Source: an uncultured Patescibacteria group bacterium (GTDB lineage: Bacteria > Patescibacteriota > Microgenomatia > UBA10105 > UBA927). From it: 64,000 nt of DNA. The first letter of the stretch is position 1. Each line of letters opens with the position of its first letter. The translations under genes were made by a program, and so were the position numbers. Positions 30,839 through 41,719 of the stretch are shown here, in pieces. Where the stretch lies: NCBI GenBank assembly GCA_937921305.1, contig CAKZSU010000006.1:1089-65088 (forward strand). The letters run 5' to 3'. The notes beneath the pieces were generated by a model that was not told the origin of the DNA, did no database searches, and saw nothing but the letters and a program-made list of their open reading frames with translations.

Positions 30839-31738
30839 TTCTCGATCCTTTTTCTTAAACAATCGTTGCGATTCTTTTCTCTTACGAAGGACAACGAATA
30901 GACGCTTCAACGCGTCAAAATATCCGAAAATAAAACTTGTATCTCCTTTTATAGACGATTGGATAAGACGTATATGAAGATAGACTACATGCTCACAGAG
31001 ATAAGAATAATCAGTAATATTTTTCCATATACAAAACAATTGATTTCTATACGAAACTCGCTTGACATGCGAGGATTTCATCCTTGTTTTTATCATTCCT
31101 TCCTCATGTCTATGAATGACCACGCTTCTTGATTCAAAAATAATTCGATATCCGCTCTTTCTTGCTCGATATGAAAGATCAATGTCCTCCCAATAAAACG
31201 GATTAAACAATTCATCCATTCCGCCAAGTTTCATCCAATATGATCGACGAAACGCCCCGCTTCCTCCAGAAACCCACGCGGTATCGGTTTTTTCGACCTC
31301 TCCTCGCTCATGCATAATCATTCCTTTGTGCCAATAAGCAATTCCCCTTCCTCGAAGGATAATCTGATATCCTTCAACGCTCTTATCCATGCATCCTACG
31401 GCAAAAACAGAAGAATCGGAAAAATGAGGAAGCAAGTATTCTAAAAAATGATCTTCTGGTTCAACATCTGAATTCAACAATACAACAATATCTCCTAAAG
31501 CATGAGCAACACCTACATTAACCGTGCTTGAAAATCCATCATGACTTTTCTTTTTTATTAATCGAACATGCGGATAATAGTTTGTAATAAAGTCAACAGA
31601 ATCATCCGTAGAGGCATCGTCAACAACGATAATTTCATGATTTTTTGCCGCTTTTATAACTGCGGGAAGATACTTTTGTAGCAGATTTTTCCCATTCCAA
31701 TTTGGAATAACAATGCTAACAGAGTATTTACAATTCAT
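30821..31738 (-). CDS. Glycosyltransferase family 2
   Basis: YSVSIVIPNWNGKNLLQKYLPAVI...EIIVVDDASTDDSVDF...VLLNSDVEPE. Confidence 0.75.
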   Translation of the reverse strand: MNCKYSVSIVIPNWNGKNLLQKYLPAVIKAAKNHEIIVVDDASTDDSVDFITNYYPHVRLIKKKSHDGFSSTVNVGVAHALGDIVVLLNSDVEPEDHFLEYLLPHFSDSSVFAVGCMDKSVEGYQIILRGRGIAYWHKGMIMHERGEVEKTDTAWVSGGSGAFRRSYWMKLGGMDELFNPFYWEDIDLSYRARKSGYRIIFESRSVVIHRHEEGMIKTRMKSSHVKRVSYRNQLFCIWKNITDYSYLCEHVVYLHIRLIQSSIKGDTSFIFGYFDALKRLFVVLRKRKESQRLFKKKDRELLKRR

Positions 31739-33989
31739 ACCTCAATTCTAGTCTATGTTCTCCATCTGGAATGACAATGCCCATAAACGCGCCGTTGGTC
31801 TGATATATTTTCACAGATGTTCCATCAACATATGCTTTCCACTGCGGCGTATATTGCGTTCCTATCACAAAAAATCGATGAAATATCGCTCGTGTTTCAA
31901 TAACAGCTCGAGCATCTTCATATGTTTCTATACGAACATATTCTGACGAATCAAGCGGGTACGATTGAATATCAAGATTTCCTAATACAACAGCTTCTTG
32001 ATGTGGATTGATCTGAAATAATGTTTGAAACATTGAGGAATACTCTGATTTTGAAATCACCCGAGAAACAAAGAAAAATCTTGATAAAACAGAAGATCGT
32101 TCATAAAGATATGTCTGTCCTTCATTCATAATAAACTTTATATCTTCACGATCAGTCATTGGCCCATATGATAGAACATATTTAATGTTTAACAAATTAA
32201 AAAGTGGATGATCCACATATGACGGATGAATCATACGATTGAATCTATACGGTCGCTCCAACAGTCCATTTCCTCTTTGAATAGATGCTATGAAATCTTC
32301 ATAATGTTTTGTGTACAAAGGATCGTATCCCGAAACCATCTCTATGCCGTAATACGCAGCGACATTTGATGAAAGAATACGATCATCCAAAGAGATAACT
32401 CTGAACGGCTTTTCTTGCCGTTGCAAATAAGTAATAATTTTTGTTGAAGGGAAAAAATAAGACACATCGGTAAATGGCGTAAATTTTCTGCCGAAACGAA
32501 ACAGATCAAAAAAAACAATCAAAAGAAGCAATATTCCAACAAGAACCAAAGGTATTTTTTTTCTTAATAAGAAAATACCGCCACCTATAAAAAGGAGCAT
32601 CGTTGGAAGAATACTGTTGCGAAACGCGATTCGCATATACTCAACCATGTCTTCTTCTCCATGGCGAAACAACATCCACGATATGAATGCAATCGACGCG
32701 ACACATGCGAATACCATCCCCCACAAAACGTTAAATCTTCTCATATTTTCTTGGTTTGTTTCTAAAAATCTTTGAAATCCATACGCAGAAAAAATAGAAA
32801 GAATAAAAACAATAAGAACTAATAAACGCGTTGGTTGAAGAGAAGAAAGAAGAGGAATAGAGTATTCATATGGCAATTTCGCGATAGATGTGGGTAAAAT
32901 AAAAAGGAAACTCAAACAAAGGATAAACAAAAAAAGCTTCTTTTCTCGAAATGAACTATATAAAATTCCTCCAATTGAAAATACTACTGAAACTATTCCT
33001 ATATACCCCACAAGTTCTCCGTAATTCCATGTTCCCCAATAATTCATCGTTGCCGGATTCCCAAAGAAATCTGGAATCAAAAATTGAAGAAGATGTTTCC
33101 ATGGAACAAACCATCCTTCTTTTAACATCACATCGTGTTCGATAACTCTACTAGACTGAACGACAATCGAATAAAATTCTTTCCATTGAATGGAAGTAAT
33201 ACTAAAAAAAACTGGCAATGCGAGAAAAAACCTACGTATTCTCTTCTTCGCGATGACGTAGAAACACAAAAAAATAAACACATACAAAAATATCTGCGCA
33301 TGACCTGCGAGAAATGAACATGACATAACGACACCTAATGTAATTCCATTGAATATTCTACTTTTACTTCGATCAATAAAAAAAAGCATCAATGGCAACC
33401 ATAAAGCGGTATGAACCATTGTTCCCCATGTGAGCCACGCAATGGAAAATCCAGAAAACGCCCATGCTATACTTCCCAAAAGACATGCAAAAGGATGCAA
33501 TTTTTTTGATGAAAGATAGATATAAAGAAATACGCCAGCAAGAGTTGGTTGAAGTATTATAAGCAAAGACCATGCAATTGGAAATGAAAAAATAAAAAAT
33601 AATGCATTCAGCGGATATAACGCTCCTGCTTGAATATTCCCAAGTAATGGACTTCCGCTAAACGCATAAGGATTCCAAAGGGGAAGTTTACCTTCTTTCA
33701 GCGAATCGATGGCAATCTTCCTCCACGGAATCTGTTGACGAATGGGATCGGTAATTAAAAAATTCTTAAATGGAATACCTCGAGGATATTCCTCTGCGTA
33801 AAGATCTCTCCACGGATGATACATGCCAACCAATGTGTCCGATGGTACAGGCAATTTGCCTTGAAAAAAGAATGGGGCAAAAAATAAGAAAACAAATAGG
33901 AGAAAAAACAAGATACCGATGCATTGTTTCATATATTTATTTCGATTAAACCTATTGAATCTCATATAAGACGCAACATTCTTTATCAA
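31728..33989 (-). CDS. YfhO-family membrane glycosyltransferase-like protein
   Basis: 753 aa. ...LPLWNPYAFSGSPLLGNIQAGALYPLNALFFIF... The C-terminus has QYTPQWKAYVDGTSVKIYQTNGAFMGIVIPDGEHRLELRYEL. Confidence 0.6.
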   Translation of the reverse strand: MIKNVASYMRFNRFNRNKYMKQCIGILFFLLFVFLFFAPFFFQGKLPVPSDTLVGMYHPWRDLYAEEYPRGIPFKNFLITDPIRQQIPWRKIAIDSLKEGKLPLWNPYAFSGSPLLGNIQAGALYPLNALFFIFSFPIAWSLLIILQPTLAGVFLYIYLSSKKLHPFACLLGSIAWAFSGFSIAWLTWGTMVHTALWLPLMLFFIDRSKSRIFNGITLGVVMSCSFLAGHAQIFLYVFIFLCFYVIAKKRIRRFFLALPVFFSITSIQWKEFYSIVVQSSRVIEHDVMLKEGWFVPWKHLLQFLIPDFFGNPATMNYWGTWNYGELVGYIGIVSVVFSIGGILYSSFREKKLFLFILCLSFLFILPTSIAKLPYEYSIPLLSSLQPTRLLVLIVFILSIFSAYGFQRFLETNQENMRRFNVLWGMVFACVASIAFISWMLFRHGEEDMVEYMRIAFRNSILPTMLLFIGGGIFLLRKKIPLVLVGILLLLIVFFDLFRFGRKFTPFTDVSYFFPSTKIITYLQRQEKPFRVISLDDRILSSNVAAYYGIEMVSGYDPLYTKHYEDFIASIQRGNGLLERPYRFNRMIHPSYVDHPLFNLLNIKYVLSYGPMTDREDIKFIMNEGQTYLYERSSVLSRFFFVSRVISKSEYSSMFQTLFQINPHQEAVVLGNLDIQSYPLDSSEYVRIETYEDARAVIETRAIFHRFFVIGTQYTPQWKAYVDGTSVKIYQTNGAFMGIVIPDGEHRLELRYEL

Positions 33990-34141
33990 TCAAAGGTTTT
34001 AATTATTTTTCTTTTAAGAAGATATTTTTCAGAAGATTTTCTTAGCATAATATGCGTTACCCCCTGCTCCTTAAGATATTGAACATCGTTTATCATTTCT
34101 CTTCTTTTCATTTCTTCCTTTTTTGCTTCTTCGCTATTTAA

Positions 34142-35848
34142 TTATGATAAAACATATATTGGTCTATGTATCATATAGGAAAGATATAATTGTCCATAAT
34201 CAAAAGGATATCCAATCGGCAAGATGAGAGCATTCTTAGACAATACGTTTTGTGCATCGTTATAAAACTCAGCCTCGTGATGTGTGATAAAGGTATAGGA
34301 TAATTTCGCTATATTTTCATAGGTGACATATAAGGTTCTTGGAAGAGTAATCGAAATAATAAATAGCGATAAAAGACTAGATACAATAGGAGGAAATCGA
34401 TGAAATACATACGTCATCGCCAATGACGCGAAAATACTCATCAATATAACCGTTGTAATTAAAAAATTTACCGATGTTGATCCCCCGACCTTCTGCAAAT
34501 AAAACATCCAGACAAAAAAACTGCTTATCATCGAAAAAAGAAAAAAGAGAAGAAGCGAAAGAGAAAGGATGCGAAGAGATACTCTTGTTTGTATGATTCC
34601 AATGATTTTTGATCCGTATGTCACAACCACAAAAATACAAAACATCATACTATCTAAAAACCATACGCGTGGCATGTTGTGATGTTGCATAAACACTTCT
34701 CTCGTAAGTAACCAATGAGAAACTCCCAATTCTGGCATAGCAAAAAAATCATGAACTCTCCATAAACCGCTAAAAAAGAATCCACCAGATTCCCCTTTGA
34801 CTTTTGGCATAAATAAAACGATGCTTATCAAGACAGTCGCCACAGCATAAGCCATTAATTGCATATCTCTTTTAAACAATGAATAAAGAAAAACGCCAAC
34901 CATCCCAGCCCAAACAAAAATACCCGTATACGCTTTATAATGAATAAGAGAAGCGAATATAAATACTCCCGCAATAAAAAGAAGAAATCTTCTTTCTTTA
35001 ATACAAAATATAAGAAACGATAAACCAGTAAATAATCCAACGATTGAAAACGCCCGCGGATAATTAAACAAAAATCCAGCGCCACTCTCCATAGCGGCAA
35101 AATAAAACATAAACTGAGTATTTAATAAAAGAACAAATAAAAATACCGCGTCAGCCCCAAAGTAAAGGAAAAATAACAGACACCGTAAATATGTTTTATT
35201 CGCGTTTATTGCCTTCGCAAACACATACGCGGATAACCCCAAAGATATGGACAATACGATAGAAAAAAATTGATATGTTGTCGTGACAAGAGGAAGACGA
35301 AATATCCTGACAAATTCCACAATAACTAAATGACTAAGATAATGATAATCGTATAATTCTACGCCAAATAATCCCGGTTCATGTGGAGGAAATCGTTGTG
35401 TTAGTTCATGAGTAATAGCCAAAAAAAGAATATTATCAGGCACATGACCACAACATCCTATAACGCCGCGTGATGTAAGAATTCCCATGAACCACACGCC
35501 GAGCACCTGCGTTATCACGCCAAACAACATAATCAAAAGAGCAACAATATCCACTGAACGGAATAATCGAGAAATAGTAAGTTTCTGTTTTGTAAACAGA
35601 AACCATGCAAGAAAAAATATCAAATATACAACTATTCCAGATCGGATATGCAATCTTCCAAAGATATAGGAAGCCGCTCCCCAAAGAAACATTCCTGTTA
35701 AAAACGACAACACATGAAAAACATGCTGATTTTGAATGTTTTCTATATGACGAAGAAAAAATCTCCCGGGAATATAAAACGCAAAAACCATCGCAAAGAG
35801 AAAGATAAAAAGATGTATAAAGAACTCGATAGTGAATGTTGTAGCCAT
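34142..35848 (-). CDS. Large polytopic membrane protein, orphan (possible GT-C-like or O-antigen-ligase-like; family not recognised)
   Basis: 568 aa with at least 14 predicted TM helices and no obvious large soluble domain. No DE, HDG or YfhO motifs. Confidence 0.35.
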   Translation of the reverse strand: MATTFTIEFFIHLFIFLFAMVFAFYIPGRFFLRHIENIQNQHVFHVLSFLTGMFLWGAASYIFGRLHIRSGIVVYLIFFLAWFLFTKQKLTISRLFRSVDIVALLIMLFGVITQVLGVWFMGILTSRGVIGCCGHVPDNILFLAITHELTQRFPPHEPGLFGVELYDYHYLSHLVIVEFVRIFRLPLVTTTYQFFSIVLSISLGLSAYVFAKAINANKTYLRCLLFFLYFGADAVFLFVLLLNTQFMFYFAAMESGAGFLFNYPRAFSIVGLFTGLSFLIFCIKERRFLLFIAGVFIFASLIHYKAYTGIFVWAGMVGVFLYSLFKRDMQLMAYAVATVLISIVLFMPKVKGESGGFFFSGLWRVHDFFAMPELGVSHWLLTREVFMQHHNMPRVWFLDSMMFCIFVVVTYGSKIIGIIQTRVSLRILSLSLLLFFLFSMISSFFVWMFYLQKVGGSTSVNFLITTVILMSIFASLAMTYVFHRFPPIVSSLLSLFIISITLPRTLYVTYENIAKLSYTFITHHEAEFYNDAQNVLSKNALILPIGYPFDYGQLYLSYMIHRPIYVLS

Positions 35849-35851
35849 GTG

Positions 35852-36877
35852 TTAAAGAAAAATTCTATCCAATGTTTGATAAAAAATACTTGTATCAAAT
35901 TGTTTTGCCCTATTTATCGTTTTTTTTCTCACTAATGTTGCCTTTTTCTGATCTTTGATTAACGATAGTGTTCTCTCTGTCAATTCCTCTTTTGACTTCC
36001 AAAACATCCCAGAGATTCCGTGTTCCACAATCTCTTTCTGACCACCCGCAGGATAGACAAGAGGAATAGCTCCTGACGCCATCGCTTCAACTGTCGAAAT
36101 GCCAAAATGCTCAACACACTCCGGATGGTTCGATTCATCCTCGCCATATCCAGTCGCATGCCAGTAGACCATTGCTTCTCCATATAAATCTAATAAGGTA
36201 TCTCTTGAGATGTTAATCAACAATTCAATCGGGTATCCGTGAATCATTCGCCGAATTCTTTGTTCTTCATCTTTGTCAGCGTCTAATATCCCACCAGCAA
36301 GAATAAGTTTCCATTCCTTCAATCCATCATCAACCATCCGTTGAAACGCTTGAATCAATATTTCTTGTTTTTTTGCATTCATGCCTTTTGTCAATCTTCC
36401 AACAGAGAGAATAATTTTCTCTTTTTTCTTCTCTTTATAATCGTCTATATGAATTGATGGATATACGACATGGGCGTTCGCAAAAAATGTTTTATCGATG
36501 AATTTCTTCGTGAATTCTGAATTAACAATTATGTCAGCAATTCGCAAACGTTTAAGCAAAGTTATTGGAGAAAAAAGACGCACCCATGGAACAGGAAACT
36601 GAAAAATACAATATGTTTTCTTTGCAAAAGAAAAGGGCAAGCTGCCATCGCTATAAAACAACAAAACATCTAATCCGCGAGAGTCGAATACATCTCTCGT
36701 TTCAAGATGAGACAATGATATACCAAACCGTTCTTCGGCAAGAGATACTTCGCCAGGATTATTCGTAAAGTACAAAACTGAATGATTCTTTTTCAAAAAA
36801 TATGACGCAAAAGTGAACATGTACTGTTCTCCTCCGCCCAATGTATCATGATATGGATTATAGATTCCGACGATCAT
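35852..36877 (-). CDS. Glycosyltransferase family 4
   Basis: ...VEHFGISTVEAMASGAIPLVYPAGGQKEIV... E-x7-E motif. 341 aa. Confidence 0.75.
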   Translation of the reverse strand: MIVGIYNPYHDTLGGGEQYMFTFASYFLKKNHSVLYFTNNPGEVSLAEERFGISLSHLETRDVFDSRGLDVLLFYSDGSLPFSFAKKTYCIFQFPVPWVRLFSPITLLKRLRIADIIVNSEFTKKFIDKTFFANAHVVYPSIHIDDYKEKKKEKIILSVGRLTKGMNAKKQEILIQAFQRMVDDGLKEWKLILAGGILDADKDEEQRIRRMIHGYPIELLINISRDTLLDLYGEAMVYWHATGYGEDESNHPECVEHFGISTVEAMASGAIPLVYPAGGQKEIVEHGISGMFWKSKEELTERTLSLIKDQKKATLVRKKTINRAKQFDTSIFYQTLDRIFL

Positions 36878-39161
36878 AAAAATATCTTCTTAATGACTCA
36901 AATAAAAGCACCACACATGTGAATCCAGAAATCCAAACGCCAATCATAAACAATCGAGGTTGATAATACAAATCGACAATCGATATTCCTTCTGGAATCG
37001 CCACGGCTCTAAACGCGTGATTGGCGCGGAGCACCTTTGACTCTTTTTCATTTACTTTTACTTTCCATCCAGGATCAAATACCTCTGAAAGAAACAGTAT
37101 CCGCGGAGTATCTGTTGTCGCTTTGATTCGGACACTGTTTGGTCGATATGAAATGACTTCAACATTTCCGACTTCTCCTTTTTTCGGCTCGATAGAAGGA
37201 TCTTCTTCCAAAACCACAAGACCTCTCTCAACCCGATTTGCGAGGAATGATAGTATCTTGTTTTTATCTGATAAGATAACATAGTCATGAAACAACGCAA
37301 ATCGAGGAGAAGGAGTTACATCTTTAAGAATTTCATAGTGTTCATCTTCGTATACAGATACATAGTCAGGATATTCCCAATGAGGAAATGTCCATATATG
37401 TCGTCCATCGCTCTTTCTATAAAGAACCCAATTCACGCCAAGAATATCAAACCATGTTTTTGTATAAACGCCGTGCTTATCGATGCGAACGACAGATCGC
37501 TCCAATGGTTCAATAGTTCCTTTTGACGCAGCAGAGATAAACTCTCCATATCGCTTTTGATACATCGCGTCATAACCTTCAATAAAGGGGATATGCGCAT
37601 GCATCGCAAGTTCATTGCCAAATGTTCCGAATGCTCGATCATTTCCGATTTCTTTTTGAAGATATGAAATGAGTGGAATTGAAGGATACACATAGTCTCT
37701 TGGATCAAATGGCATCCACTTGAGAGAAAATCGAAGGAGATCAAACGAAACGCATAGAAGAAAAACAATTATTATTGCTTTTCTTATTCTTCGGAATTTC
37801 CTTCCAAGGATGAGACATCCTACAAATACAATAGACAACACTGTTGGAAGAGTCATATTTCGTTTCACAATTTGCATATACTGTTCTTGAATGTGAAAAA
37901 AGAAAAGAATATATACCCAAGCAATTCCCAAAAAGAATACGATGAAAAGAGAAAAACTTTGTATTCTCAAAGATCCCTTCTTTTGCCAATCTTCTTTCAA
38001 TTGATCAAATCCAAACGATGAAAGAACGATAAGCGAAAAACTAAACAATACAATCATTCTTGTCGCCACACTTGTTGAGATGATAGAAATCTTCATCGCG
38101 TACAATAACGCATTCAACGGCGAAGCAAAAGAGACTAACAAACTCATAATCGCCATCACGAGAAATACGATCTTTCCTTTCTTTTTTGAGAATATAGCTC
38201 CGTATATCGCAAGAAATAAGGGAATGACGCCGATATAACTCGCCCACTCGGCGTATTGACCAAACCAATCATTCCTTGTCACAGGATTTCCATATACATC
38301 AGGAGCAAAAAGCGTAAGAATATAGCTCCACGGAATCGAACCAGTGGTAAAACTTTCTCCTCGATTTGATTGCAGATATGCATGAAGTGTTGTCAACACC
38401 TGCACGCTTGATAGCAACATTCCGAGAAATACAAAAAGGAATAACGCTCCTTTTTTCTTTGTATACCCGAGGATAAATAGCATTAACGCTCCCACCACAT
38501 ACATGCTTATTTGATAATGACCAGAAAGAAATGAAAACGCGATACTCAACGCAATAAGAACGCCATATCTCCAACGAGATGATTCTTCGTACAAAACAAC
38601 ACCAAATAATGCAAGTGGAAACACAACGATCGCCCACCCCAATGTTCCATATGCCATCCAAACTGTCATAAATCCAAAAAACATAAAACTTACGGTTCCA
38701 AGCAACGATGAAATAGTTGACACTTTAATTGCCCGTAAAAATAAAAACATGCAGAATCCCGCGCATAGTGGTTGCAGAAGCACATGAAGACTCCATGCGT
38801 CAATAAATGGAAAAACAAAAAACAGAATATTAATAGGAGAAAACACTGCTGATTGATAATTGCCTGCGTGGGGAGTTCCCGAGAATAGGTACGGATTCCA
38901 CAATGGAACTTCTCCAGATTTCCATGTGTCTATTGTTAGTTTTTTCCACGGAAATATCTGAGTAATAACATCCGGCATCGCGTTATTCTTTACCGGCATG
39001 CCATAATATGCGTTCCACGGAGGGAAAAACGACACAAGATATGTTGATGGAAATGGAACGCTTCCATGAAGAAAATATTGAGAAGAAAAAATAAACCAAA
39101 TAACAACAATAAAACAATATGGCAAAATTTTTACAATAACTGACGATGTTGTTTTTCCCAT
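36858..39161 (-). CDS. YfhO-family membrane glycosyltransferase-like protein
   Basis: 767 aa. ...VPLWNPYLFSGTPHAGNYQSAVFSPINILFFVFPF... The C-terminus has VFDPGWKVKVNEKESKVLRANHAFRAVAIPEGISIVDLYY. Confidence 0.6.
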   Translation of the reverse strand: MGKTTSSVIVKILPYCFIVVIWFIFSSQYFLHGSVPFPSTYLVSFFPPWNAYYGMPVKNNAMPDVITQIFPWKKLTIDTWKSGEVPLWNPYLFSGTPHAGNYQSAVFSPINILFFVFPFIDAWSLHVLLQPLCAGFCMFLFLRAIKVSTISSLLGTVSFMFFGFMTVWMAYGTLGWAIVVFPLALFGVVLYEESSRWRYGVLIALSIAFSFLSGHYQISMYVVGALMLFILGYTKKKGALFLFVFLGMLLSSVQVLTTLHAYLQSNRGESFTTGSIPWSYILTLFAPDVYGNPVTRNDWFGQYAEWASYIGVIPLFLAIYGAIFSKKKGKIVFLVMAIMSLLVSFASPLNALLYAMKISIISTSVATRMIVLFSFSLIVLSSFGFDQLKEDWQKKGSLRIQSFSLFIVFFLGIAWVYILFFFHIQEQYMQIVKRNMTLPTVLSIVFVGCLILGRKFRRIRKAIIIVFLLCVSFDLLRFSLKWMPFDPRDYVYPSIPLISYLQKEIGNDRAFGTFGNELAMHAHIPFIEGYDAMYQKRYGEFISAASKGTIEPLERSVVRIDKHGVYTKTWFDILGVNWVLYRKSDGRHIWTFPHWEYPDYVSVYEDEHYEILKDVTPSPRFALFHDYVILSDKNKILSFLANRVERGLVVLEEDPSIEPKKGEVGNVEVISYRPNSVRIKATTDTPRILFLSEVFDPGWKVKVNEKESKVLRANHAFRAVAIPEGISIVDLYYQPRLFMIGVWISGFTCVVLLFESLRRYFYDRRNL

Positions 39162-39871
39162 AATTTTGTATAGGTAATCAACATACTAAACCCTTGATAC
39201 ACGCTCTCGATAATTCCGATCGTTCCAACGCTCCATCCGCGTTGCTTCAGATATGAATCAAAAAATCCAGTAAAAAACACGCGAAATAATCTCCATGAAA
39301 CAACTGGCGGATGATTCGAGGAAAAACGAAGATCCGCTTCTATCTCAGACCAATCATTTGTTTGCTGAAGCATATCCTCCAATGTGTTGTGACTTCTATG
39401 AATAAGCGGATGACGCAATGTTCCCACTGATCCTTTAATCCGCGCTGTTTCATGAATTCTTCCTTCCCACCGTTCCAACGCGTCTTTTCTTATCAAGCGA
39501 ATCATTCCGTCCATGTATGGCCAAAGATGATTCATATAGATATTTCTTCTTCTTAAAAAAAACGCTTGATAGATATCTTGCTTTGTCGACAAAAGAATTT
39601 CTTGTTTAAGCTTCTCTGTCACTTCTTCATCTGTGTCCACATAGAATAACCAATCTCCTCTTGCATAAGATGCTCCAGCGTTTCTCATGCGAGAAAAATC
39701 CATCTCAGAAACATGGATCACTCGAGCTCCGGCGTCTCTAGCAAATCGAACAGTCGAATCAATTGATCCATTGTCAACCACAATAATGTCATTGATCCAT
39801 GATCGAAAACTACTAATCAGCGATGCAATTCGAGATTCTTCATTTTTCGTCAAAATAATACAACTTATCAT
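39131..39871 (-). CDS. Glycosyltransferase family 2
   Basis: The likely start is MISCIILTKNEESRIASLI... ...IIVVDNGSIDSTVRFARDAGARV...LFYVDTDEEV. Confidence 0.7.
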   Translation of the reverse strand: MISCIILTKNEESRIASLISSFRSWINDIIVVDNGSIDSTVRFARDAGARVIHVSEMDFSRMRNAGASYARGDWLFYVDTDEEVTEKLKQEILLSTKQDIYQAFFLRRRNIYMNHLWPYMDGMIRLIRKDALERWEGRIHETARIKGSVGTLRHPLIHRSHNTLEDMLQQTNDWSEIEADLRFSSNHPPVVSWRLFRVFFTGFFDSYLKQRGWSVGTIGIIESVYQGFSMLITYTKLWEKQHRQLL

Positions 39872-39881
39872 ACGAGCTTTG

Positions 39882-40811
39882 TTATGCTTTCTTCCATGAA
39901 TATCGATTTCCAAATCTTCTACACGCCGCATCTATAATTGCGCGCTTTTGTGAAAATGAACCGAAGCGCATCATCCGAATTGCTTCTTTTACCAACGCGA
40001 ATTTTGTTCGAGCAGAGGTATACGAATACCCAAACAACAACCTATTTCGGGTAAAATAATATTGGTGAAACGGATTACCCGGACGATCAGTCGATCCGGC
40101 GTTTTTATGCCAGACAATGGATTTTGGCACATATACTACTCTCCACCCCTGTTGTTTCATCCTCAAAGAAAAATCCATATCTTCCACATACGCAAAATAT
40201 CGTTCATCAAATAGTCCCACATCATCAAAACAAGAAGTTCGAATCATCATTGAACATCCTGTCGCAAAATCAATGTCGCATATTGCATCATACTTACCAT
40301 GATCTACTTCATCAACGCCTCGATGAAATCCATTCACATGATCCCAATCAATCATTCCTCCCGCATACCATAAAACTCTACCCCGATCGCCATCCTGATA
40401 TCGCTCATAGTGAAATTCTCGACCGTTCATAAAATAAATTTTTGATGAAGCGATGCCAATCGATGAATCAGAAAACACATCCAAAAGCGCTTTTAAAGAA
40501 AAAGAATCAACAATAGTGTCATTATTGAGAAGCCAAACATATTCAGCTCCGTCACGCATCGCTTGTCGAATTCCTCTATTATTTCCTCCCGTAAATCCTT
40601 CATTTTTTTTATTTTGAATAAAAAAGACATCTGGAAATTGATCGATCATTGTATCAATCCTTCTATCGTTCGATCCATTGTCAATAACATATATTTTTAA
40701 TGAAATGTTACTCTTTTCAAGTTTCTTAAGGGACGAAAGACAGTTGATGGTATCATCGGTTCCGTTCCAATTCACAATAATAATTGCGACATAGGAAATA
40801 CTATTCTTCAT
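39882..40811 (-). CDS. Glycosyltransferase family 2
   Basis: VAIIIVNWNGTDDTINCLSSL...IYVIDNGSNDR...FTGGNNRGIRQA...LNNDTIVD. Confidence 0.75.
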   Translation of the reverse strand: MKNSISYVAIIIVNWNGTDDTINCLSSLKKLEKSNISLKIYVIDNGSNDRRIDTMIDQFPDVFFIQNKKNEGFTGGNNRGIRQAMRDGAEYVWLLNNDTIVDSFSLKALLDVFSDSSIGIASSKIYFMNGREFHYERYQDGDRGRVLWYAGGMIDWDHVNGFHRGVDEVDHGKYDAICDIDFATGCSMMIRTSCFDDVGLFDERYFAYVEDMDFSLRMKQQGWRVVYVPKSIVWHKNAGSTDRPGNPFHQYYFTRNRLLFGYSYTSARTKFALVKEAIRMMRFGSFSQKRAIIDAACRRFGNRYSWKKA

Positions 40812-41719
40812 AGATATCGAGTTAATATCAATCGAATTCGCAACAATAATCGATGAAAAATTGACTTCGCTTCTTGCATCTGTTCATGAATAAGCCAATA
40901 GTTGAAATCTTTTCTCGCTTTTTTCAATTCTCTTGAAATATCCGATAACACAACATCTTGAGAGGGAAATTCACCTCTCTCCCATATCTTCGCAAAAACA
41001 ACAAACGTATAAAACGCCTGAAGCATCGCCAACACCAATCCGTGCATCCCATCTTTATATCCTTGCTGAGCGAAATATATTTTTATAAAGTCGTTTATTG
41101 GCATGCGTATAGCGTCATACCAAACAATTTGTTTGCCCGTTTGTCGCAAATGCAACACTTCATTTTCTGTATAGAGCACATCCATTTTTCTAAGAAATTG
41201 TGAAATCGAATCATAATTATGATGGAGAATAGGAGAAGAAAGCTCCGCTGTTTTTCCATCGACAACAAGATGCTCATGAATATGATTGCAAGGGAATCGT
41301 CCTTTTCCTCGCCTAAATAAACGAAGTTGTTTGTCTGGCCACCATAACCCATGCCGTATCCATTTTCCAAAGATTATATTTTTTCTTGGAATCCAGTACC
41401 CATCAACAGTGCTGCTATCTTTCTTTAATACCCCCCGAATCTCATACTGCAATTCATTTGTGACTTCTTCATCGCCATCAAGATTAAGAATCCAATCTTT
41501 TGTCGCTTGCTCAAATCCAAGATTCTTATTCTTATTTAGCATCGGATCATTCTTCTTATGATATACCTTTGCTCCAAAAGACTTTGCTATATTAGGAGTT
41601 TTATCCGTTGACTCGTTGTCAACAACAATAATCTCGTCAGCCCACGACACAGAACGAAGAACTCGCTCGATATATTGTTCTTCGTTTTTCACTGATAGAA
41701 CAACGCTTATACTATACAT
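40808..41719 (-). CDS. Glycosyltransferase family 2
   Basis: ISVVLSVKNEEQYIERVL...EIIVVDNESTDKTPNIAKSFGAKV...LNLDGDEEV. It is a paralog of 13573-14325. Confidence 0.75.
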   Translation of the reverse strand: MYSISVVLSVKNEEQYIERVLRSVSWADEIIVVDNESTDKTPNIAKSFGAKVYHKKNDPMLNKNKNLGFEQATKDWILNLDGDEEVTNELQYEIRGVLKKDSSTVDGYWIPRKNIIFGKWIRHGLWWPDKQLRLFRRGKGRFPCNHIHEHLVVDGKTAELSSPILHHNYDSISQFLRKMDVLYTENEVLHLRQTGKQIVWYDAIRMPINDFIKIYFAQQGYKDGMHGLVLAMLQAFYTFVVFAKIWERGEFPSQDVVLSDISRELKKARKDFNYWLIHEQMQEAKSIFHRLLLRIRLILTRYL

